From a virus (Duplodnaviria; Caudoviricetes): DNA of 64,000 bases. Both the position numbers and the translations under genes were made by a program. The notes under the pieces were generated by a model. It was not told where the DNA came from. It saw only the letters and a list, made by a program, of their open reading frames with translations, and did no database searches. How positions within the stretch are numbered: the first letter of the stretch is position 1; each line of letters starts with the position of its first letter. Location of the stretch: positions 204,443 to 268,442 of IMG/VR virus record IMGVR_UViG_3300024493_000235; one strand, given 5' to 3'. This document shows positions 26,804 to 37,838 of this stretch, in pieces.

Positions 26804-29710
26804 TTGCCTGCAAAATTTTCGTATTACGAAAAACAATTTATGTTTAAATATTTGAATTTCCTGGATAGTCTTATCATAAAGTCAAATTATGATGCATCCC
26901 TTACCGAAACGGCAGAGTCTGCTAGGGAAGGAGAGTTATACACGTTGGCCAGGAATAAAAAAGACACTATTTTTAACTATATCATAACAGAGGACGCCCT
27001 TAAAGCTGTAGGTATATCTCAAAGACTTATTGGAATATTCAAGATAAATAAATCTGAATTTTATAGGTCAGCAACTCCCGCTGATATAGATAATCTTCTT
27101 GAATATTACAGAAGACGAACTGTTGATAATTATATAGAAAGGAACCCGTACTATCTTACATTAAATGGAACTCCTAAAAGTGAATCTGGGCATATCCTTG
27201 TAAACGGAGACTTTCACGAAGATGGTATTGTATATCCTGATGAAAGTGAATATATTCCTCTTCATAAGGTATCTCAAACTGTACATCCGAAGACATATGC
27301 GTTTTTAGCAAGGAATAATTTTGAGAAACTTCGATCTCTTATTTCAAAGCTTAAAAAAGACGGGTATAAAACCGTAGTAAATAATCTTCGCACAGGAAAA
27401 GAGGAAGAAGTCGTTATTGATGTAAATACACCGGATTTTGAATATCTTGATTATCTTGATAAAAAGATTCCGTATCATATAGCAAGGTCGGCTGCGAACT
27501 TTTCTATTTTACATTGCGATGAATCAATTCTCTCTTCAGGTGATACACATACCTTTTTTGAATGCTATCACATATCAAGACAATATGTCTTAGAAGTTCC
27601 ATATATTCAAGAGTATGCAAAAACAGAAGAACTCTATGATAGGTTTATGGGTGTATGTATGCTATTTTTGGCTACGCTTAAATTCTTTTCCGAACAGATT
27701 ATGAATTATATGCGTAACCAGTTTCCAACAAAACAAGAAAAAAGACTTTTCCTACAGCAGTATAAACTTGAAAAAATGGTCGACATTATCGATGATGAAA
27801 TGATCTTAAATGAGTTTATAAGCCATATCGACGAGTTTATTGCTGTTAAAGGATCTGATGCCATTATCTCAAAGATACTCGGTTTATTCGATGCAAAAGA
27901 TCTCGACGTATATAAATATCTTCTTGTAAAGACCATAAAATATGATTCTATTACTAAAGATATACTAAACGACCCTTCAAAGAAAAGGGAAGATAACTAT
28001 AATATATCTTTAGTGAAAGTTCCTATAAACGTTGTAGAAGAAGCCAGAAGCGTTGCAAAGTATGTATCTGATAGATTTCAACATGTATCACTTTACGAAG
28101 TTGCATCTCAGGATCCTTTATTCGGAGACTTTGGACAAAGCTCGGTCGGAAAGAGTGGTTCAAAAGATCCAAAAGGTGACTTCATACAGCATGTAGAAAA
28201 AATGCTTAAAAACAACGAACAGTTCTCGATGTTTTATACAAAGTATCTAGGTATCGTAACGCATGTAGATACTGTAAAGAATCTCATACAGTCTGCGTAT
28301 CTTTTTACATCAAGTATTGCATCTGATAAACATACAATGGATATGGAAATACACGATTCGCATATTCCGCTTCAATCTGTGACGATACGCGATTTATTCG
28401 CTGGTATCAATTACGTTACATGCCTTCGTCATACTATGTCAGACGAAATCGTTCAGGACGTTTCGAAAATAGCATCTTTTATAGGATTTAACACAAGCCC
28501 AAATTTGGACGAACTTCGTGCAATGGATCAATATGTCACTAAGGTTGATGAAAACGGTGAAGATATTGTCAACGTAAAACTTCCTGATATCTTAGTGCCA
28601 AGACCGGATCCAAAAAACCCGAGTATTTTAAAAGATGATATATTTATCATAAAGAAAGCAGAAGATATGTCGCTAGTTCCTATTAGCGAGTTTGATTCCG
28701 GAAAATATATCAATTCTGCTATAGCAAGTTATTATTATAATCTTGAAAGCCATGACGCTCTTATCGAAGATATGATTGCTGAAACAGACTATAACAGATA
28801 TCTCGGATTAAAACGAGTATTTGATTACAATATGTACTGTAAAGCGATTCTTGATACATACGATGGGAAGCCGACATACACTGCATACCTTAATTCGAGG
28901 GAAAACGGTATAAAAGATTTCATCAATGAATACTTAAATCAATACACTCAAGGGCCATGGTACGATGAAGAAACCGGTGCCACATCTGATGCCTTTAGAA
29001 ATGCAACCACCTCCCTTATAACACTTTTTTTAACGGCGATGTTAAAACGTCTTGATGTACAAGATAATACAGTTGATGCTGCTATGACAACCTATGTAGA
29101 TCAAGTTATGAAATTTACTAAAATCATGAATATCATAGAATTGTTTAGGCACTATACTGTAAACTTCTCCACATCCGACACGATAAATATTTTCAATGCC
29201 CCGAGGGAATGTCTTATACGTCTATTTGATGCTATAAAGAATGAAAGCGGAACTATGTCGGGAGAATCCGTTGCCAACGTTGTTTTTGATTCGTATAAAG
29301 TTGAAGGTTTTCAGACCTTTTCAAACGATATAGAAGTCAAAGACAGATGGGGAGATCATAGAGAAGAAACGTATGTCACAGAAGTAAAGGTCGAAACTGT
29401 ATGGGACCAATCTGAAATAATGTATGCAGGAGAATTGTATGATTTCCCTGCAGTATTTGATAAAGTTTTACAACTTCTTGGAACCCATGTCGATGAAACC
29501 GATATTAAAGTACGTGACAGAATCAATATAATCCCTATTGAGACTGTAAAGCTCCCTTTAATCGTCACATCAAAATTCAAAATCTACCCTCTTGAGACAG
29601 TTGGGGATGCAATAAACATATTTGACAGATATGCTTTGTGCGGATCTATCGATAAAGTGCAAAGTGATATCTGTATAAAGCACAAATTGACGTGTCTGCA
29701 GGGTGATTAA
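26804..29710 (+). CDS. Large putative virion structural protein (baseplate-associated)
   Basis: About 968 aa, AACA-N6-TA promoter at 26763, C-terminal D-x-I-x-V-x-D-like repeats. Confidence 0.6.
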   Translation: MPAKFSYYEKQFMFKYLNFLDSLIIKSNYDASLTETAESAREGELYTLARNKKDTIFNYIITEDALKAVGISQRLIGIFKINKSEFYRSATPADIDNLLEYYRRRTVDNYIERNPYYLTLNGTPKSESGHILVNGDFHEDGIVYPDESEYIPLHKVSQTVHPKTYAFLARNNFEKLRSLISKLKKDGYKTVVNNLRTGKEEEVVIDVNTPDFEYLDYLDKKIPYHIARSAANFSILHCDESILSSGDTHTFFECYHISRQYVLEVPYIQEYAKTEELYDRFMGVCMLFLATLKFFSEQIMNYMRNQFPTKQEKRLFLQQYKLEKMVDIIDDEMILNEFISHIDEFIAVKGSDAIISKILGLFDAKDLDVYKYLLVKTIKYDSITKDILNDPSKKREDNYNISLVKVPINVVEEARSVAKYVSDRFQHVSLYEVASQDPLFGDFGQSSVGKSGSKDPKGDFIQHVEKMLKNNEQFSMFYTKYLGIVTHVDTVKNLIQSAYLFTSSIASDKHTMDMEIHDSHIPLQSVTIRDLFAGINYVTCLRHTMSDEIVQDVSKIASFIGFNTSPNLDELRAMDQYVTKVDENGEDIVNVKLPDILVPRPDPKNPSILKDDIFIIKKAEDMSLVPISEFDSGKYINSAIASYYYNLESHDALIEDMIAETDYNRYLGLKRVFDYNMYCKAILDTYDGKPTYTAYLNSRENGIKDFINEYLNQYTQGPWYDEETGATSDAFRNATTSLITLFLTAMLKRLDVQDNTVDAAMTTYVDQVMKFTKIMNIIELFRHYTVNFSTSDTINIFNAPRECLIRLFDAIKNESGTMSGESVANVVFDSYKVEGFQTFSNDIEVKDRWGDHREETYVTEVKVETVWDQSEIMYAGELYDFPAVFDKVLQLLGTHVDETDIKVRDRINIIPIETVKLPLIVTSKFKIYPLETVGDAINIFDRYALCGSIDKVQSDICIKHKLTCLQGD

Positions 29711-29754
29711 ACATTCTAATAAAAGCGGAGATTTATAAGTTAAACAATAGGAGG

Positions 29755-30669
29755 ATGATAATCGTGAAAGAACTTATGTATACAAGACTTAACTCTGGCA
29801 CCCCTGTTTTATCACATCGATTGTACGATGATAAAGGACAATTGGTAGCCAGAAGCGATAATTTCTGTGGACAAATTCGAGGGAAAGTGCGTATTATAGG
29901 AAGCGACGGTTCCGTTATTAATCAAACAAACATGACTATATATCCAGGACGCAGATTTGTTCTTGAAGCCATTCTTAAAGTGAATGCGGATGAAAAGCAC
30001 ATCCGTACATTGAATGAAGCTCTTGGAATAAACCATATTGCAAAGCCTTCTGATGACATAAAAGCCAGAAGAAAAGTTTGCTTAGTTGGCATAGGCGATG
30101 GAGCTGCAAAAGCTACCGAATTCGGAAATGTGTACGGTGTACGTGCAAACGATAACAACCTTGTCAATATTATTCCGCTTAGGACGATTCCTGACGGGAC
30201 TTTCTTAACCGGCTCTGATGAAAGCAAATATTACATGAGGGCTACAGGAGAAACCATTGGCGGGAATAAATACACAAACTATTACCTCAAAGAAGTTTTT
30301 GCAAACGAAATTGTTGTAAAACTCAAAGACACAGATCACAGACCGCAGGAAACCGATAATGCGCCTGAGAAAGATCCAAGTGATGATCTTGTACTATACA
30401 ATGTGCAGGTAAACGCGATTTTTGATATCCAGATTACTCAAGACGATGTCAAAGGGTATTTCCAAGCAAAAGAAGGGAATATCAATAAGGCAAAGTTCAA
30501 TGAGATGTCATTATTTTTTGGAACGAAAGTTGAACTCGCTCCGAACGCTCAAGGAGAAGTGCGGCAAGATTATGTCGCTGTAGAAGCATTTTCAAGATTG
30601 TCCTTTAACCATCGTGCGATGGATTCCGCCGGTTCTTCGTACAGGTTCTTGTATTATCTTATTTCGTAA
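29755..30669 (+). CDS. Putative virion structural (baseplate/tail) protein
   Basis: AACA-N6-TA promoter at 29710; NMTIYPGR, VGIGDG and FNEMSLF resemble tail-fibre base/baseplate motifs. Confidence 0.55.
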   Translation: MIIVKELMYTRLNSGTPVLSHRLYDDKGQLVARSDNFCGQIRGKVRIIGSDGSVINQTNMTIYPGRRFVLEAILKVNADEKHIRTLNEALGINHIAKPSDDIKARRKVCLVGIGDGAAKATEFGNVYGVRANDNNLVNIIPLRTIPDGTFLTGSDESKYYMRATGETIGGNKYTNYYLKEVFANEIVVKLKDTDHRPQETDNAPEKDPSDDLVLYNVQVNAIFDIQITQDDVKGYFQAKEGNINKAKFNEMSLFFGTKVELAPNAQGEVRQDYVAVEAFSRLSFNHRAMDSAGSSYRFLYYLIS

Positions 30670-30760
30670 GATTATCGTAGTGGCAGAAATGCCACTACGA
30701 TATATTGTTATTAAATAATCATATGAGTATATATCATATAGATAGTATAGGAGGTTTATT

Positions 30761-31159
30761 ATGGAAAACATTTTGCAATCAGAAAACCCTCATGAAATGA
30801 ATGATTGGTTTTTTGAAAGCATCATTGAATATCTTAAAAATCACAACGGATTAGAGACGTTTGTGAAAGTTTTAGATAAACAATTGGGAAGAACAATGCC
30901 CGGATATCACGTGGTGTTTAACTTTGTTAACGAGACCGAAGAAAAGGAAATATTCGACGCATTTGATATCAGTAGCAACGATGTTCTTAATTTTTGCACC
31001 GAAAGGAATTTCCTTAATAAACCTGGAGAGTCTTATACTTTCTTTGGCCAGGTAGAATACTATATCAACTGGCTTTTGGAAAGTATGAAGATTCCTGTTA
31101 AGGAAGGAACAGTGCGAGTGTTAAATGTTTTTGATCAGAGACAATACGTGCCATTTTAA
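30761..31159 (+). CDS. Hypothetical protein
   Basis: Class I promoter at 30728, AGGAGG RBS. Confidence 0.75.
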   Translation: MENILQSENPHEMNDWFFESIIEYLKNHNGLETFVKVLDKQLGRTMPGYHVVFNFVNETEEKEIFDAFDISSNDVLNFCTERNFLNKPGESYTFFGQVEYYINWLLESMKIPVKEGTVRVLNVFDQRQYVPF

Positions 31160-31170
31160 AGGGGAGGAAA

Positions 31171-31434
31171 ATGATACGTTACCCAATTACACAAACGTGT
31201 ACGCAAAACTGCTTTATATGCTGCGTCCTTGTTATCTTGCAATATTCATCATATGAAAGAGAGCCGCAGTATGTATCAAATTCGAGAGGAACCGCCGTAC
31301 CTGAGCCAAAGGATATGATGGTTGGAGAGCAAACACCTAATGACGCAATCGACAGTTCTTTTACAAGAAGTTCTGGATGTTCTAAAGGGGAAATAAAAGA
31401 TCCTACATGGATTAAGGCTGGCGATGAATTTTAG
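31171..31434 (+). CDS. Hypothetical protein
   Basis: GGAGG RBS, within the operon. Confidence 0.55.
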   Translation: MIRYPITQTCTQNCFICCVLVILQYSSYEREPQYVSNSRGTAVPEPKDMMVGEQTPNDAIDSSFTRSSGCSKGEIKDPTWIKAGDEF

Positions 31435-31443
31435 GAGGAAGAT

Positions 31444-31752
31444 ATGCACTATAAGTATACCGGAGTTTATTACGCTGTATCGTATGTGCAAAAAGATGGG
31501 GATACTGGTGAAATAACCGTCCATAACATGGAAGTGAGCGAAACGGATGTACTTAATAATTATTGGGAATCGAATGCTTTTAAGCTTCCTGGCTCATATT
31601 ACGAAACTGAGCGTAACAATGAAGTTCATAATACTGCATTTATTGTAAAACTGAAATGCTATTTATACTGGATAACACGTGTATTGCTAACCAGGAAAGA
31701 TGGCGACTTTATTGAAGTGCTCCCACATCCTGACAGAATTGAAAGAAAGTAA
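31444..31752 (+). CDS. Hypothetical protein
   Basis: AGGAGG RBS. Confidence 0.7.
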   Translation: MHYKYTGVYYAVSYVQKDGDTGEITVHNMEVSETDVLNNYWESNAFKLPGSYYETERNNEVHNTAFIVKLKCYLYWITRVLLTRKDGDFIEVLPHPDRIERK

Positions 31753-31848
31753 GATATAATAAAGAGAGGCTAAAAAGCCTCTCTTTATTTTTTTTTGCCT
31801 TTTTAGCATATAAAAACATTGTAATAATACAAGGAGATTCTAATTCCT

Positions 31849-33051
31849 ATGAGCAGACTATTAACAAGAGAAGAAATAGACGAACACATGAAACTCAAAG
31901 ATGACGATATAACAAAAGAACTCTTTATACGATGGTATGGAATAACCGAAGAGAAATTAAAACCGAAATACTCTACAAACGACTGGTTTATACTTAAAAA
32001 AAGTATGAGCAAATGGTATACAGAAAATACAAGTATTACAACAACTTCTGGAAGATTCCTTTTTAATATATTTTTGAATTATAGCATATTTGGAAATACT
32101 TTTGCATATTTCAATGATGAAGATGCGAGTAAGTTTCATAAACAGGTTTCATATGCTTTCATTCAGGGTGTTGTTACACGTGAACAACACAGCATGTATC
32201 AAACAAAGAAAGCATGGCTTGAATATACTCCAACCGAAATTCTTGTTCCTGGTATGTCCTTTAATATGATGAGAGTACAACCACAAGTTGCAAAACGAAG
32301 GGCGGAATTGTTTAAGATATACGAAGAAGAACTTAATAAAGGTGGAACTGATGCCGTAAATGCAGCAGTTAAAATTGAAGCCGAACTGTTAGCTCTTGCA
32401 AAAGAGATTACAAAAGACGATCCCGCATCAAGATTGTTCAGGTTGAAGAAACCCTCATTTGGCAATAACTATAAAAACATGTCTGTTATGATAGGCTCTC
32501 AAAGAGATAATACAAATCCTTCTGTATACCATGTATCAAAATCAAATTATACAGACGGTATTGATAAAAATGAATTCTCAAGTCATGCCGACCAACTTAT
32601 ATACGGGACATATCAAAGGTCTGTTAATACCCAAGAAGGTGGAGCTCAGACAAAAGAAATAACTGCAGCATTTGAAAATGAGCAAGTGAATATCGATCCG
32701 AATTCCGATTGTAAGACACCGTTTTATATCACTGTGGATTTAACAGATGATAATATCGATCTTTATCTTTTCAGGTTTATTATAGGTCCTAAAGGTTTAA
32801 TCGAAATACTTCCTGATAACAAAAAAGATTTTGTCGGAAAGAGATGGAAAATGAGAAGTCCGCTATATTGCAATGATCCTGATTATTGTGATAAATGTAC
32901 TGGCTCTCTTTATAGACGCCTTAATATAAAAGACGCGGGAATCACTCTTTCGGGATTAGGGTCTGTTATTGTCGGTCTTTCCATGAAAGCCTTTCATGAT
33001 TTATCCGTTAAAACGCAAGATATGAATTGGGAAGATTTTTTCTCCGATTAA
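31849..33051 (+). CDS. rpoC: Phage RNA polymerase beta-prime subunit, C-terminal part (probably virion RNAP)
   Basis: SNYTDGI, DCKT, RSPLYC...CDKCTG zinc site and LSMKAFH trigger-loop motif; AACA-N6-TA promoter at 31815. Confidence 0.85.
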   Translation: MSRLLTREEIDEHMKLKDDDITKELFIRWYGITEEKLKPKYSTNDWFILKKSMSKWYTENTSITTTSGRFLFNIFLNYSIFGNTFAYFNDEDASKFHKQVSYAFIQGVVTREQHSMYQTKKAWLEYTPTEILVPGMSFNMMRVQPQVAKRRAELFKIYEEELNKGGTDAVNAAVKIEAELLALAKEITKDDPASRLFRLKKPSFGNNYKNMSVMIGSQRDNTNPSVYHVSKSNYTDGIDKNEFSSHADQLIYGTYQRSVNTQEGGAQTKEITAAFENEQVNIDPNSDCKTPFYITVDLTDDNIDLYLFRFIIGPKGLIEILPDNKKDFVGKRWKMRSPLYCNDPDYCDKCTGSLYRRLNIKDAGITLSGLGSVIVGLSMKAFHDLSVKTQDMNWEDFFSD

Positions 33052-33117
33052 TAAGCAGGTGGGCAAATGCCCACCTGCTTTTATTTATTTTTGAGCTTCC
33101 AACAATAAAAGTAAAGG

Positions 33118-34329
33118 ATGGACTTTATGGCACTTATAGAATTTGGAAAAGATCAAAAAAACGCCATAAAGATGGCAGTTGATTGGATTAATACCCCTTC
33201 TAATAAAAGGCGTCCCATATTTGTTGTATCAGGATATGCAGGTACAGGCAAATCTACGGTTATAAGCCAGATACTTTTAGAAATGAAGATACCTAAATAC
33301 AGAGTTGCATTTTGTTGCTATACTGGAAAAGCCGCTGTCGCACTTCGTAAATTAGGACTTAATGCGTTTACAATTCATAAACTTATTTATAATATTCAAG
33401 TGACTCCAAACGGAGTTCCTTTATTTCGCAGAAAGAAAAAAATATCAAGCTCGATTGAACTACTTGTTATAGACGAATTGTCCATGGTTCCAGAACAAAT
33501 AATGACTGATATATTGTCATTCGGTGTTCCTGTTTTGTGCATGGGTGATTCAGGACAACTTCCTCCTATATATGGAGAAAACTCGTATATACAAAAACCT
33601 GATTGTATGTTAAAAGAAGTCTTTAGACAAAAAGATACTTCCGGTATAATACTTCTTGCGACAGATATTCGTAATGGAGAATTCAATCCCAGAAAAGATT
33701 ATGGAGAAGATGTTGAATTTATTCCCGAAAGCGCTTTTAAGTCGAAGATAATAACTCAATATGATCAAGTTATTTGTGCTACTAACAAAATACGATATCT
33801 TTTAAACTCAACTGCAAGAAAAATATACGGTAGAAAATCGGCATTTCCTGAAGTTGGAGATAAATTAATCTGCACAGCTAATAACTTCAAAGAAATTGTT
33901 GGTTATTACGAAGATATTGAAGTTTTTTTGGTAAACGGTTTAATTGGAGAATGTACAGAAGAAGCAAGTAACATAACGGACGACATTGTACGCTTAAGAT
34001 TAAATATTCAAGGGATGGGAAGCTGTGAACCCCTCATTTATTGTAAGGCTAAATCACTTTTGAGTATATATGATACTATAGGAATTAAAGAAGTCGCTGC
34101 CAAGGATGAAGATGTAATCGAGTTCTATGAAACTTATGAAGGCAGATCTGTTCATTCCATTGAATATGCGTATGCTATTACTTGTCATAAAAGCCAAGGA
34201 AGTCAAGCCGTTTCTGTGTTAGTCTATGACGATTGTTTTTATAATCGTAATAGCGATAACTTTTTTAAATGGATGTATACAGCGGTTACAAGGGCACAAA
34301 GATGCGTTCATATTGTCACAAAATTTTAG
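33118..34329 (+). CDS. dda: SF1B helicase, Dda/RecD-like
   Basis: GYAGTGKS, TIHKLIY, IDELSMV, GDSGQLPPI, EVFRQ, YAITCHKSQGS, YTAVTRA. Confidence 0.92.
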   Translation: MDFMALIEFGKDQKNAIKMAVDWINTPSNKRRPIFVVSGYAGTGKSTVISQILLEMKIPKYRVAFCCYTGKAAVALRKLGLNAFTIHKLIYNIQVTPNGVPLFRRKKKISSSIELLVIDELSMVPEQIMTDILSFGVPVLCMGDSGQLPPIYGENSYIQKPDCMLKEVFRQKDTSGIILLATDIRNGEFNPRKDYGEDVEFIPESAFKSKIITQYDQVICATNKIRYLLNSTARKIYGRKSAFPEVGDKLICTANNFKEIVGYYEDIEVFLVNGLIGECTEEASNITDDIVRLRLNIQGMGSCEPLIYCKAKSLLSIYDTIGIKEVAAKDEDVIEFYETYEGRSVHSIEYAYAITCHKSQGSQAVSVLVYDDCFYNRNSDNFFKWMYTAVTRAQRCVHIVTKF

Positions 34330-34341
34330 GAGGATTTATTC

Positions 34342-34632
34342 ATGGATGCGATGGATATTTTAAAAGAAGGCGGAAGAATAGACTATAAGTTTACTATCTG
34401 TGTAAAGCATACAAGTGAAAACGTGCCAATAGAAGTTTCTGTTAGCAGTATGTCTATACTTGCTATGTGCAGAATGATAGAAAGAGCCAAGAAAGACGGA
34501 CTTAGTCAAGTCGTTATTCCTGAAAGTCAATTTAATGAATTTCTCTGTGATGTTGATTTATGGAAAAACCTCATTTTCGAATACGGTTCGATAGCAATGA
34601 AGTCCATCAAGAAAGAAGGAGATGACACATGA
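34342..34632 (+). CDS. Small protein, probable distant member of paralog family B
   Basis: SMSILAMCRMIERAKKDGLSQVVIPESQF. Confidence 0.65.
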   Translation: MDAMDILKEGGRIDYKFTICVKHTSENVPIEVSVSSMSILAMCRMIERAKKDGLSQVVIPESQFNEFLCDVDLWKNLIFEYGSIAMKSIKKEGDDT

Positions 34633-34964
34633 TAATGAATTATCTGCGTATACGGGATATACGAAAAGCAAGGAACTTCTTTAATGCACTAAAGAATGCA
34701 TTAACACGTTTTGCACATGGATTGTATTCGATTATCGGAATATTAGTTCCTATTCTTATAATCGCCGTAACAATCGGATTTTTTATAATCCTTCCGGCAT
34801 ATGACAGAATCATTGTAAAGAAGATGAGTGTCGGAGAATTAATTAATGACAATCCGATGAAAGGATATATCATCATAAGTATTGCTGTCACGGTTGTTTC
34901 TGTCATAATTGCCATCATTTGCATTATCGTAAAAATGTATAAGAAAAAAGAGGAAAGGAAATAA
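34629..34964 (+). CDS. Membrane protein with two hydrophobic helices
   Basis: Two hydrophobic segments and a basic C-terminus (holin-like topology, unproven). Confidence 0.65.
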   Translation: MIMNYLRIRDIRKARNFFNALKNALTRFAHGLYSIIGILVPILIIAVTIGFFIILPAYDRIIVKKMSVGELINDNPMKGYIIISIAVTVVSVIIAIICIIVKMYKKKEERK

Positions 34965-34965
34965 C

Positions 34966-36492
34966 ATGGGATTACAAGACGGATTTGTATCACTCAGTTC
35001 GAAGCATAACGTATTTAAGACAGATTTAATTACAGACTTACGTTCCAATGACTCTGTAGTGGAGTCATTGGAAGAGTTGTGTAAAATTGTCGCAAATACG
35101 ATGAAACCCCATATTCAATATTTAGGCCACAAAAGGATAGACCAAAGAGCTAAGTATCCATCAAAATACATTCAGCAATACGAAAGTATGATATTTTGCG
35201 AACAGTTTGATTTCAAAATAAATGCCACCGACGAATACAATAGACCTAAGTCTATGTATAAATCCATGATATTTGAAATTCCGATTCTTCTTGAAGGCTG
35301 CCGTTACTTTCTTAACGGCGTTAATTTCTATCCCATATATCAGCTTATAGACGCTACAACATATCACAGATCCGGGGCTGTTTGTCTTAAGACATTGACT
35401 ATCCCGATTAAAATGGATAGATCTCAATGCACAATTTACGACATTACAGGAAAAGAATACTCTTCGTTTGTATATACAATCGAAATGCAAAGAAAGAAAG
35501 TAAATATTTTTGCATTCTTATTCGCTACTTTGGGTTGCCTTGCTACGATTAAATTCTTTGAAGGAAAAGAAACTGTCTTTAAGATAGTATCAGAAGACAG
35601 AGTCGATAAATTAAGCCAAAAATATGTGTACTTTAAATTATCAAAGGCTATATATTTAGCTTGCGATACCGAAGTCTTTAAAGGAAAAACTGCTCCACAA
35701 GCTAGGGCAATGATAGCAAGCATTATCGACGTATTCCCTAAGAATATAACTGTCGAACAGATGTTATCTCAAGACTTCTGGAGATATAATGTTTTATCTC
35801 AATATTTCATCAAGGGAAAACCCATAACAAAAAGCACAAAACTCGATCTCTTTATCGAAGCGTACAAAAGACTCTACGATTCTATAACAGAGAAAAATAT
35901 GGGGATTTATGAGACTCCGAAAAAAAATATATACGATGTAATCCGTTGGATGTTTATGCATTTTACTGAATTACTTTATCGTGACAACAATAGTATCTTT
36001 CAAAAGAAGGTAAGATTGTCGGAATCTCAAATTGCACCGATTATAAGACGCGAATTATACAAAATGAATCGCGTTATTCATTCGAGAAATCGGTTCAAGA
36101 ACGTCGATAGGTACGCAGAGATTATTACACTCCCGTATAAATTTTCATTCGATTCCAAGGATAAAAAGAAACTTGAAAATCAACCTTCGGATATACTTCT
36201 TAAGGCAATTATTAATTCAAGTAACACCCGTTATGCGGAAGCGACAAATGATTGCGACTTGTTTAATATATTGCTTAAATATTGTGTCACATCTTCTTCT
36301 ACAACAATAGCGAAAGGACCCAACACAAATAATCTTTCACTATCACAAAGACATGTACCACTAAACCAAATCGGATTTATCGGAGTTAATTCAATCGGAG
36401 CAGGGGACCCGGGCTCTACATCGTGCTTTATTCCGTTTACGCAGCTAGATGAAGAAGGAAGATTTATATCTTTACTTGACACAGTGGCTTAA
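34966..36492 (+). CDS. rpoB: Phage RNA polymerase beta subunit, N-terminal half (probably non-virion RNAP)
   Basis: EIPILLEGCRYFLNGVNFYPIYQL (region B-like) and RHVPLNQIGFIGVNSIGAGDPG (region D-like); complements 19302..21329. Confidence 0.8.
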   Translation: MGLQDGFVSLSSKHNVFKTDLITDLRSNDSVVESLEELCKIVANTMKPHIQYLGHKRIDQRAKYPSKYIQQYESMIFCEQFDFKINATDEYNRPKSMYKSMIFEIPILLEGCRYFLNGVNFYPIYQLIDATTYHRSGAVCLKTLTIPIKMDRSQCTIYDITGKEYSSFVYTIEMQRKKVNIFAFLFATLGCLATIKFFEGKETVFKIVSEDRVDKLSQKYVYFKLSKAIYLACDTEVFKGKTAPQARAMIASIIDVFPKNITVEQMLSQDFWRYNVLSQYFIKGKPITKSTKLDLFIEAYKRLYDSITEKNMGIYETPKKNIYDVIRWMFMHFTELLYRDNNSIFQKKVRLSESQIAPIIRRELYKMNRVIHSRNRFKNVDRYAEIITLPYKFSFDSKDKKKLENQPSDILLKAIINSSNTRYAEATNDCDLFNILLKYCVTSSSTTIAKGPNTNNLSLSQRHVPLNQIGFIGVNSIGAGDPGSTSCFIPFTQLDEEGRFISLLDTVA

Positions 36493-36577
36493 ATCTGTTT
36501 AATGTTAAAACGGTTGATATTTAAATTATTTGCCGTCCTCTGCATTGAGGACGGTTATTTTTGAAACATGGAGAAAA

Positions 36578-37126
36578 ATGATGAGTACATCAAAAACAAA
36601 ACCGAAAGAGTTAGTTAAATCGCAAACTTCAAAGAATCCAAAGAGAATAAAGGTAACTATTCGTAAGAAAGTTACGCCAACTTTTGACGGCTTAAAAGAT
36701 GTAAATATTGCATCCTTATATCCTAAAAAAATACAAGTGAATCCGCCAAAAATAAAAAGTGCAAAACCACCTTCCGCGGCACCGCTTACTAAGAAACAGA
36801 AAGAACAAAAAAGGGTTATAGAAGAAAACGCTGTTATATCCCTTGCAAAAACGCTGTTTTTATTAGAGTATCCGGGGGCTTTAGAAAAACCAAAAATAAA
36901 GATTGTCGACTGTCAGTATGTCGGTGTCGATAGTAAATCTGAAAATATGGGATGCACTAAGTTTAAAATCGCGTATGAAACCACACACGTTGAAGATGGC
37001 GAACTTCGAACACTTGCGACATATAAAGATTTGTATATATCGGGAACGTATATGCAAATATCAGTTGAACAAACAGTATCGAAAAAGATAGCCCTTCCGA
37101 TGTGTCCGTGGCTTAAATATCGATAA
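36578..37126 (+). CDS. Hypothetical protein, paralog family C, basic N-terminus
   Basis: VISLAKTLFLLEYP...YKDLYIS. Confidence 0.7.
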   Translation: MMSTSKTKPKELVKSQTSKNPKRIKVTIRKKVTPTFDGLKDVNIASLYPKKIQVNPPKIKSAKPPSAAPLTKKQKEQKRVIEENAVISLAKTLFLLEYPGALEKPKIKIVDCQYVGVDSKSENMGCTKFKIAYETTHVEDGELRTLATYKDLYISGTYMQISVEQTVSKKIALPMCPWLKYR

Positions 37127-37179
37127 TGTAATTTTTCCTTTCTTATTTTTGAGAGGGATATTTCTAAGGAGGAAACCGT

Positions 37180-37422
37180 ATGGCAGAGAAACAAACACCG
37201 CTTGATATAATGTCAAAGATTGCAAGAATATATCTTGAAAGCACATTTCCTGGTATAGAAATAGAAGGTCTTAGCGTAACAAGTCAGTACGGAAATTCTT
37301 CACAAACAACATTTGTAGCTGAATTTAACATTAATAACAATGAACCGGCACGCATGAAATTTGATATCACATTTCCGTATTCTATACATACAAAACAGCC
37401 TTATAAACCAAAAATCAATTAA
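37180..37422 (+). CDS. Hypothetical protein, paralog family C
   Basis: KIARIYLESTFP. Confidence 0.7.
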   Translation: MAEKQTPLDIMSKIARIYLESTFPGIEIEGLSVTSQYGNSSQTTFVAEFNINNNEPARMKFDITFPYSIHTKQPYKPKIN

Positions 37423-37442
37423 ACTTGTAAACAGGAGTAATT

Positions 37443-37835
37443 ATGGCCAGAATAGAAAACGCCGAAAATATGGTATTTATTAAAATTGATACCAGTATGA
37501 TTTGTGATCTGAGTGCGTTTCATAAACGTCGGGACAGAGATCCGAATCTTCACCATAAAAGAGTGTATGATCCAAGAAAAGTCAAAAAGGGTTTAGCAGC
37601 ACATTCGACAGAATATTATATAAAACTTCCGATAGAATATTTTTCTTCTGTTGAAAATGGCGGTGTTGCTATAATGGAAATAATTCAAAATTATATGGGC
37701 AGCATATTAAAAGTACCGCGAGATATCGTTGTAAATCTTGATCATGGCAAACAGGAATTGTTTGTTGAAAATAAGGACAACGTATATGTAATACATCTGC
37801 CAGTGAAAGTTACAATGTCCTCCACCAAGGAGTAA
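37443..37835 (+). CDS. Hypothetical protein
   Basis: AGGAG RBS. Confidence 0.7.
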   Translation: MARIENAENMVFIKIDTSMICDLSAFHKRRDRDPNLHHKRVYDPRKVKKGLAAHSTEYYIKLPIEYFSSVENGGVAIMEIIQNYMGSILKVPRDIVVNLDHGKQELFVENKDNVYVIHLPVKVTMSSTKE

Positions 37836-37838
37836 AAT

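Noticed and set aside
33101-33113. AACA promoter candidates before the helicase gene and before ORF 26012..26716
   Set aside because: Spacing is N7 rather than N6, so they were left out of the consensus count.
34629-34964. Holin call
   Set aside because: The topology fits, but there is no adjacent endolysin and the window has many similar small membrane proteins.
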